DNA from: Verrucomicrobiota bacterium
GTDB lineage: Bacteria; Verrucomicrobiota; Verrucomicrobiia; Limisphaerales; AAA164-E04
Assembly (NCBI GenBank): GCA_047947115.1
Contig: CP170459.1
Location: 2,976,001-3,040,000, forward strand
Reading direction: 5' to 3'
DNA length: 64,000 nt
Within the stretch, counting starts at the first letter, position 1, and each line of letters opens with the position of its first letter. Below the pieces are notes generated by a model, which ran no database searches, had not been told where the DNA came from, and was given only the letters and a program-made list of their open reading frames with translations. This document shows positions 58,661 through 64,000 of the stretch, one piece after another. Position numbers and translations under genes: made by a program.

Positions 58661-60267
58661 TTCCATTCTTTCGAAAACTGATTCCTGGCAGTGAGGCAAA
58701 CCCTTTCAATGCCTCTACCATCCCCCAACCAAAACCCAAATCCATGGGGCATACCTCACCACCACAAACGGCCAACACGTCCCCGCCAGTATCACCGGTT
58801 CGACATTACTTCGAGGCCCTGAACACGGTCGATCACCGAATGCCGGTTCCGCCAACCGGGCTTTATATCCACCGGCTGCTTTCCAAGTTCAACCGTCTGC
58901 AACTGGCCAGTGTTGCCCGGTATCTCTGGGATAACGTGGGGCCGGTGTTTTACGCCACCGACCTGGTCGCCAATTACTCAACCCCTATGATCCCCAGGGC
59001 GGCAACACTCGACCGTAAATGGAACGAAGCAGCCAACAACCTCTTTGATGATTGGGCGGATCGAGCTGACTTCACAGGGCGTTTTGACTTCTGGGATCTC
59101 CAACGTCTGTCCTCCTTCTACCTGGATACCGATGGCGAGGTGTTCGCCCTCTGGACCGACGACACTGGATTTCCGCAGATGCAGTTTCTGGAATCCTGGC
59201 GCATCGATAAGCCCACGGCCTCGGATGACCGCATCTTAGATGGCATCCAGTTGGACACTCAAGGCCGTGTTCAAGGCTACTGGTTGGATGGTCAAACCAT
59301 GCTCGAATCCAATGTTCTCCTCCATCTCTTTGACCTGGAACGTTACACTCAATACCGAGGGATGAGCCCAATTCGACGAGGGGCCAACGACATGCGGGAC
59401 GGCGGTGACATCAAGGGGTTTCAGAAGGTGCTTTCCAAGCTTTCGACTGTCCTGACGCTCGCCATCCAAGGACCACCACTGGAGGAAAACCCCTGGGGTA
59501 ATCCCCCCGAACCGGCAGGCGAGGAATCCACCTCAGAAGAAACTCCAGCCGAGAGCAACGAAAAGCAGCGCAGCTTCACCGTAGCGGACCTGGTTGCGGG
59601 AGACATCCCAACGGTTCCGGACGGGCACGAACTCAAACAGGTCAACACTCCAAGCGCCCCCGCTAACAATATCGAGGTGATCAATTACCTTGCCGGGTGC
59701 TTTGTCGCAGGCCTGGGGCTTCCTCCTGCCTTCTTCCTGGACGAGAAGCTGACCGGTCCCAACCAGCGGGCTGTCAACGGCAAGGCTCAGCGCAAGTTTG
59801 AACGCCGAAAGCAGGTGGCAGCTCGTCTCGGGCGTTCGGCCTGGCAACGAGTCATCGCCGACGCCATAACCAAGGGTTTGCTTCCTTCCAATGAAGACTG
59901 GGCAAGGTGCGACTTTATTGGCCCCTCCAAGCTCACAATCGATGCCGGACGTGAAATGGCCCAGGAACGGGAGGATGTCGCACGAGGGTTGATGACTCGC
60001 CGTGATCACTACGGCAACCGAGGTCGATCCTGGCGACGGGAAACCGACCAGGTTTTCGAGGAGATCGACTACATCTTGGACCGTGCCAAAGCCATCGCCG
60101 AGGAGCATGGCATCCCGGTTGAAACCGTCATGAACAGCTTCGGACTTGGGGGTTCAAAACCCTCTCCAAACCCCGACCAAGAAAAAGTGAAGCGTAACGT
60201 TCCGGGAGAAGAAAACGATGCCAACCAACCTACCGATGATGCTGGCGACCCAGGTCCCAATGATTGA
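58657..60267 (+). CDS. Portal protein (lambda family)
   Basis: ARYLWDN, DGEVF, DGIQLD..GRV.GY, QYRGMSP and IDAGRE. Confidence 0.9.
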   Translation: MIPFFRKLIPGSEANPFNASTIPQPKPKSMGHTSPPQTANTSPPVSPVRHYFEALNTVDHRMPVPPTGLYIHRLLSKFNRLQLASVARYLWDNVGPVFYATDLVANYSTPMIPRAATLDRKWNEAANNLFDDWADRADFTGRFDFWDLQRLSSFYLDTDGEVFALWTDDTGFPQMQFLESWRIDKPTASDDRILDGIQLDTQGRVQGYWLDGQTMLESNVLLHLFDLERYTQYRGMSPIRRGANDMRDGGDIKGFQKVLSKLSTVLTLAIQGPPLEENPWGNPPEPAGEESTSEETPAESNEKQRSFTVADLVAGDIPTVPDGHELKQVNTPSAPANNIEVINYLAGCFVAGLGLPPAFFLDEKLTGPNQRAVNGKAQRKFERRKQVAARLGRSAWQRVIADAITKGLLPSNEDWARCDFIGPSKLTIDAGREMAQEREDVARGLMTRRDHYGNRGRSWRRETDQVFEEIDYILDRAKAIAEEHGIPVETVMNSFGLGGSKPSPNPDQEKVKRNVPGEENDANQPTDDAGDPGPND

Positions 60268-61039
60268 GGCGAGAGCTGCTGAGATGCTCTTTGGTGGAGT
60301 GCTGCGCCCAGCCCTGGCCGAACCCGATTCCTGGCGTAAGGCCAGGCAGGCCTTCGCACCCAAAACTGCAATCGAGAACGGTATCGGTGTTCTAGAAATC
60401 TCCGGTGTCCTGGCCTACCGCCCCGACCTTGGTGATATGTTTTTTGATGGTTTTGAAGACAGTTCCGAGGTTCTCAAATACTTCAAAACCCTGGAATCCG
60501 ATCCAACCACCAATGCCATCGTCCTGGACATCAACTCGCCGGGCGGATTCAGCGTTGGAGGGGCAGAAGTGGCAGATGCCATCCTTAAATCCTCCAAACC
60601 AACCGTCGCTTGGGTGGGTGGCATGATGTGCAGTTTGGCCTACTGGATCGGTTCCCAGGCCAAGGCGGTGATTTCAACGAGGAGTGCCATGGTGGGCAGC
60701 ATTGGAGCCTATGTTTCGGTTGTCGACTACCATCGGATGCTCGCCAACGCCGGGATCGAGGTGAAGGTGTTTCGTAATAAGGAAGGCACTTTCAAGGCGG
60801 CGGGTATGCCGGGAGCTTCCATTTCCCAGGAACACGCCGACGAATTTACCCGCCAAGCCCAACGATCCTTCGATGTTTTTAAGGCCGATGTGCTCCGCGC
60901 CCGTAGCTCCATCCCGAATGAGGCCATGCAAGGTCAGGTCTTTGACGGTGTCCAGGCAAAGCAAAATGGACTCGTTGATGCCATTGGAAGTCTCGAATAC
61001 GCCAAGTCCGTTGCCAGGCGTCTGGCACGTGAAGCGTAA
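60218..61039 (+). CDS. S49 family prohead maturation protease
   Basis: LDINSPGG, CSLAYWIGS and VGSIG. Confidence 0.9.
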   Translation: MPTNLPMMLATQVPMIEARAAEMLFGGVLRPALAEPDSWRKARQAFAPKTAIENGIGVLEISGVLAYRPDLGDMFFDGFEDSSEVLKYFKTLESDPTTNAIVLDINSPGGFSVGGAEVADAILKSSKPTVAWVGGMMCSLAYWIGSQAKAVISTRSAMVGSIGAYVSVVDYHRMLANAGIEVKVFRNKEGTFKAAGMPGASISQEHADEFTRQAQRSFDVFKADVLRARSSIPNEAMQGQVFDGVQAKQNGLVDAIGSLEYAKSVARRLAREA

Positions 61040-61071
61040 CGTCCACCCCAAAGTCAGAGGAAAACAAAATC

Positions 61072-61497
61072 ATGTCAGAACAAACAACCATCCCCGATCA
61101 GGAGGACATCCTGGCAGCCAATGAACGGCTGGAAGCTGAGAACAAACGCTTGTCCGGCGAAATGACCGCCGCGACTGAGTTACTGGAAACCAGTCAGGAA
61201 CAATGCACCAAGGCCCAGGGCCAAGTCGATGAGCTGACCAAGAAGGTCGCCACCTTGGAGATTGCCGCCAAAGCGGCTGGGCAGGAGTTGAAACGCCTCC
61301 AGGATGATAACGCAACCCTTACCACCAAGATGGAGGATTTCAACAAGTCAGTCGCCGCTGAAGTCGCCAAGCTTGGGCTTCGATCCAAGGCGGCGGAGCA
61401 CAAGGAAGTCCCAGAAGATGCCGACCTTACGCCCACCCAACGGGTGATGGCTGCCAAGGGCGTTCAGAGCCTGGCCGAACTACGCCAGAAGCGATAA
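61072..61497 (+). CDS. Coiled-coil scaffold-like protein
   Basis: Heptad-rich ORF between the protease and the capsid gene. Confidence 0.6.
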   Translation: MSEQTTIPDQEDILAANERLEAENKRLSGEMTAATELLETSQEQCTKAQGQVDELTKKVATLEIAAKAAGQELKRLQDDNATLTTKMEDFNKSVAAEVAKLGLRSKAAEHKEVPEDADLTPTQRVMAAKGVQSLAELRQKR

Positions 61498-61533
61498 CCG
61501 ATTTTCAACCATTAAACGAACCAAGACACTTTT

Positions 61534-62559
61534 ATGCCGACAACCATTAGCGATTTGTGGATTCCCGATATTTGGCTCGCAACCATGCGGGAAAAACAGG
61601 CCACCTTTCCCAGTCTCCTCAATTCCGGGGTGGTGGTGGACAATCCCAAGGCCTCGGAGCTTGCCTCCGGACCGGGAGAAGTTGCCACCATCCCGTTTTT
61701 TAAGGACATCACCGACCAGGACGATGAGATCCAGGTCGAGAACGCCGAACCTGCGGTCGATAACAAGATCACCTCGGGCCAAATGAAGGCGGTTGCCTGT
61801 AACCGGGTGACCAAGAGTTCTGCCACGGCATTCTCTGCCCAACTCTCGGGCGAAGATCCCGTGGGCGAAATCTCTGCCCAGATGGTCCAGCGACGGCTCA
61901 AGCAGCGCCAAAAGACTCTCCTTGCCATGGTGCGAGGCGCTTTCGGCTCTGCTGGGGCATCGGGCATCGCTGCACCGCTCCAGGATGTGCGAGTCGATTC
62001 CTTTGATGAGACCGGGGACGATGCCACCGCCGCTCAACTGATGGGTGTTGAGTTGTTCATCAATGCCAAGAGCCTCATGGGCGAACTGGCCGATGACCTG
62101 ATGAATGGTGCCCTCTGGGTGCATCCTACGGTCCTGGCATCCTTGGAATTGGCCGATGAAACCAGTTTTGACAAGGCCTCGCACGGACCTTGGACCATTC
62201 GAACTTACCGGGGTATTCCGATCTACGTGTCTGAATCCCTGGTTCGTCCCGGAACCACCAACGGTTTCGTGTACGAGACCTACCTCCTGGCCAATGGGGT
62301 TGTTGCCAAGGGCGAAAAACCTCAGAAGACCGATGTGGTTGATGTGGCTGCGCTCCAGATGGAGAAGAAGTTTGGGCTCAACAACGAGATCATTTACGAC
62401 CGAACCCGGTTTGTCCTGCACCTAAATGGTATGAAGTGGGTCGGCACGCCTGCGGCTGAAAGCCCAAGCAACGCCGAACTGGGGACTATCGCCAACTGGA
62501 ACCTGGTGCTGACCACTGCCAACCGTGTGGGAGCAGTCTGTATCCGAACCAATGGATAA
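61534..62559 (+). CDS. Major capsid protein
   Basis: 341 aa; TTISDL.IP, IPFFKD, SGEDP and IRTYRGIPIYVSE; position after the scaffold. Confidence 0.85.
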   Translation: MPTTISDLWIPDIWLATMREKQATFPSLLNSGVVVDNPKASELASGPGEVATIPFFKDITDQDDEIQVENAEPAVDNKITSGQMKAVACNRVTKSSATAFSAQLSGEDPVGEISAQMVQRRLKQRQKTLLAMVRGAFGSAGASGIAAPLQDVRVDSFDETGDDATAAQLMGVELFINAKSLMGELADDLMNGALWVHPTVLASLELADETSFDKASHGPWTIRTYRGIPIYVSESLVRPGTTNGFVYETYLLANGVVAKGEKPQKTDVVDVAALQMEKKFGLNNEIIYDRTRFVLHLNGMKWVGTPAAESPSNAELGTIANWNLVLTTANRVGAVCIRTNG

Positions 62560-62564
62560 GGCCT

Positions 62565-62756
62565 ATGGCAAAAGTGGATCCATACCCTGACCCTGTGCCC
62601 TTGGTGGCGCTCAACGTGGCCCGAGTCCAAAAGCTGCAAAGCGAGAAAGGACGCGCCGAGAGGCTTCGCCGATTGGCTCGTCGTAATCGTGATGTGGCCT
62701 GGCTCTTGGGCGAGTTCGAGAACCTGGCCAAGCCAAAGAAAAGCAAGTCCAAGTGA
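62565..62756 (+). CDS. Small phage hypothetical protein
   Basis: Tightly packed after the capsid gene with a GTGA overlap to the next gene. Confidence 0.5.
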   Translation: MAKVDPYPDPVPLVALNVARVQKLQSEKGRAERLRRLARRNRDVAWLLGEFENLAKPKKSKSK

Positions 62757-63094
62757 CCGTGACCGAGCAAGCCAGACTGGCTGGCATCGCTGCGCAATTA
62801 AGCGTTCGAGGTCGGCTTTTATCTCACCCTCGAAGCGGAGGGCAGTTTAAGGCCCTGGCCGATCATAGGCCGGGGTTTAAGACCGCTCCCGCTGGCGAAG
62901 GTGAATATGGCTTTGGAACGGAGGAACGCTCTCAGGACAGCTTTTATGCCCTGCGATCTGACTTGGAAGGTATCGAACTGGCCGTTGGGGATGAAGTCAC
63001 CGGGGATGGTTCAAGCAGCTTTCGAGTCATCGCCGTCGAGGACACGCCCAACAACCTCCTGGTGAGATTTACCGTGGAGGTGGCTCGTGCTTGA
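62753..63094 (+). CDS. Putative head-tail adaptor/closure protein
   Basis: Size and position; GDEV...FRVIAVED beta pattern. Confidence 0.55.
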   Translation: MTVTEQARLAGIAAQLSVRGRLLSHPRSGGQFKALADHRPGFKTAPAGEGEYGFGTEERSQDSFYALRSDLEGIELAVGDEVTGDGSSSFRVIAVEDTPNNLLVRFTVEVARA

Positions 63095-63809
63095 TCTATC
63101 GGTCCAGGCAGATGCCTTCAACAATGCCGTCACTCGCTACGTGACGAGCTTGGGCAAGGACGCACGCCAAACCATCCGGTATCAATCGATGCTCCTTGCA
63201 AAGCGGCTGGTTCAGTTTACGCCACCCAAGACACGCTCTCAGGGGCGTAAGGCAGTCAAGCGGGACATCGAACGCGCGGTGACACCGATCCGGCCTTCGG
63301 ACTTTTCGAGTAAGAGCATCCGGAAGCTGATCTGGGCGCGGGATTACGCAGCCTTGGAAGTAATCTTCTCGAGGTTTGAACGGGGGGCCATGGCTGGGTT
63401 TAGCGTCCAGCCGTTTACGCCGGAGCTACACACCAAGCGGCGTGATCGCCGGGGGCGTGTGAGGAAATTGGCCAAGGTGGCCAGTCCGGATGCCAAGGAA
63501 GTAAAGGCCTATGTGGCCGAAGTCCAAACCCGAGTCGGTCGCGGTAAATCCGGTTGGGCGAAGGCTGTGACTCAGCTTGGGGGGAACGTTCCCGCTTGGT
63601 TGACGCAACACTCGGAAACGGGCGTTGTGCAGGACCAAAGCCAAGGCCCTGATCCCTGGGTTCGGATGCGAAACCAAAGCGAGTGGGCACGTGGAGTGGA
63701 TACCGATGTCATCCTTTCCAACGCTCTGCGGGCACGGCAAAGGGACATCGTCAAATCGATTGAGAAAACAATCCGGGACGCATCCCGCAAATCGAGGCTT
63801 AAACGATGA
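63087..63809 (+). CDS. Putative neck/tail-completion protein
   Basis: Basic 240-aa ORF (FTPP, RVGRGKSGW) in the neck region. Confidence 0.55.
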   Translation: MLDLSVQADAFNNAVTRYVTSLGKDARQTIRYQSMLLAKRLVQFTPPKTRSQGRKAVKRDIERAVTPIRPSDFSSKSIRKLIWARDYAALEVIFSRFERGAMAGFSVQPFTPELHTKRRDRRGRVRKLAKVASPDAKEVKAYVAEVQTRVGRGKSGWAKAVTQLGGNVPAWLTQHSETGVVQDQSQGPDPWVRMRNQSEWARGVDTDVILSNALRARQRDIVKSIEKTIRDASRKSRLKR

Positions 63810-64000
63810 ATTTATGGGATCTGCAATCAGCGGTTAAGGGCACGCTCCAGGGACATGCGACCTTGGGATCGGTTCCGATCCTACTCGATGACGGGACATA
63901 TGACCGGACACCAGGTCGTGAGCTGGCGCTTAAAACCCAAGGCGTGGTGATGATCGTTTGGCAGATCGCAAGTTTTGGGATTGTTGCCCAATCGCGTGAT
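63806..64000 (+). CDS. Partial phage gene, possibly tail terminator; runs off the window
   Basis: ATGA overlap; open frame MNLWDLQSAVKGTL... to the window end. Confidence 0.5.
   Translation, partial: MNLWDLQSAVKGTLQGHATLGSVPILLDDGTYDRTPGRELALKTQGVVMIVWQIASFGIVAQSRD

Larger units (their letters stand above)
50631..61044 (+). promoter_or_regulatory. Dispersed late-region motif T(G/A)A(A/G)GCGTA(A/G)CGT, six copies
   Basis: Copies start at 50631, 50707, 55652, 58303, 60188 and 61030, all on the plus strand. Confidence 0.6.
35326..64000 (+). mobile_element. Lambda-like temperate prophage integrated in tRNA-fMet; right end lies outside the window
   Basis: att fragment, tyrosine integrase, replication module, terminase, portal, protease, capsid and neck genes in canonical order. 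Confidence 0.93.

Noticed and set aside
35508..64000. Diversity-generating retroelement, retron, intron or intein in the prophage
   Set aside because: No reverse transcriptase motif or template/variable repeat pair seen; polymerase, helicase and terminase are of ordinary length.

Overview
The window has two parts. About 1-34.8 kb is host chromosome with a gene set typical of PVC bacteria, probably Verrucomicrobiota (inferred from DUF1549/1553 + DUF1501, an H-X9-DG prepilin-type protein, a sulfatase and an IPT/TIG surface protein). It also holds folE2, a sugar kinase-murQ fusion, lysS, a glutathione peroxidase and a seven-gene lipid-modification operon resembling furan/methyl-branched fatty acid pathways. 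At about 34.96-35.37 kb lie two fragments of an initiator tRNA-Met (minus strand). They bracket a 353-bp unit encoding a GIY-YIG nuclease whose stop codon lies in the tRNA anticodon loop. From there to the end runs a lambda-like temperate prophage integrated in that tRNA: tyrosine integrase, accessory genes, a PolA/primase/helicase replication module, terminase, portal, S49 protease, capsid and neck genes. It is cut off at 64 kb. The best candidate system is an overlapping four-gene operon just before the terminase: ParB-like protein, chorismate mutase, DNA cytosine-C5 methyltransferase-fold enzyme, and CmoA-like carboxy-SAM synthase. The transferase has Arg in place of the conserved motif X Asn (GRAVPP). 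Together these predict a self-contained route chorismate -> prephenate -> carboxy-SAM -> 5-carboxymethylcytosine in phage DNA. All calls come from motif reading by eye; no searches were run.
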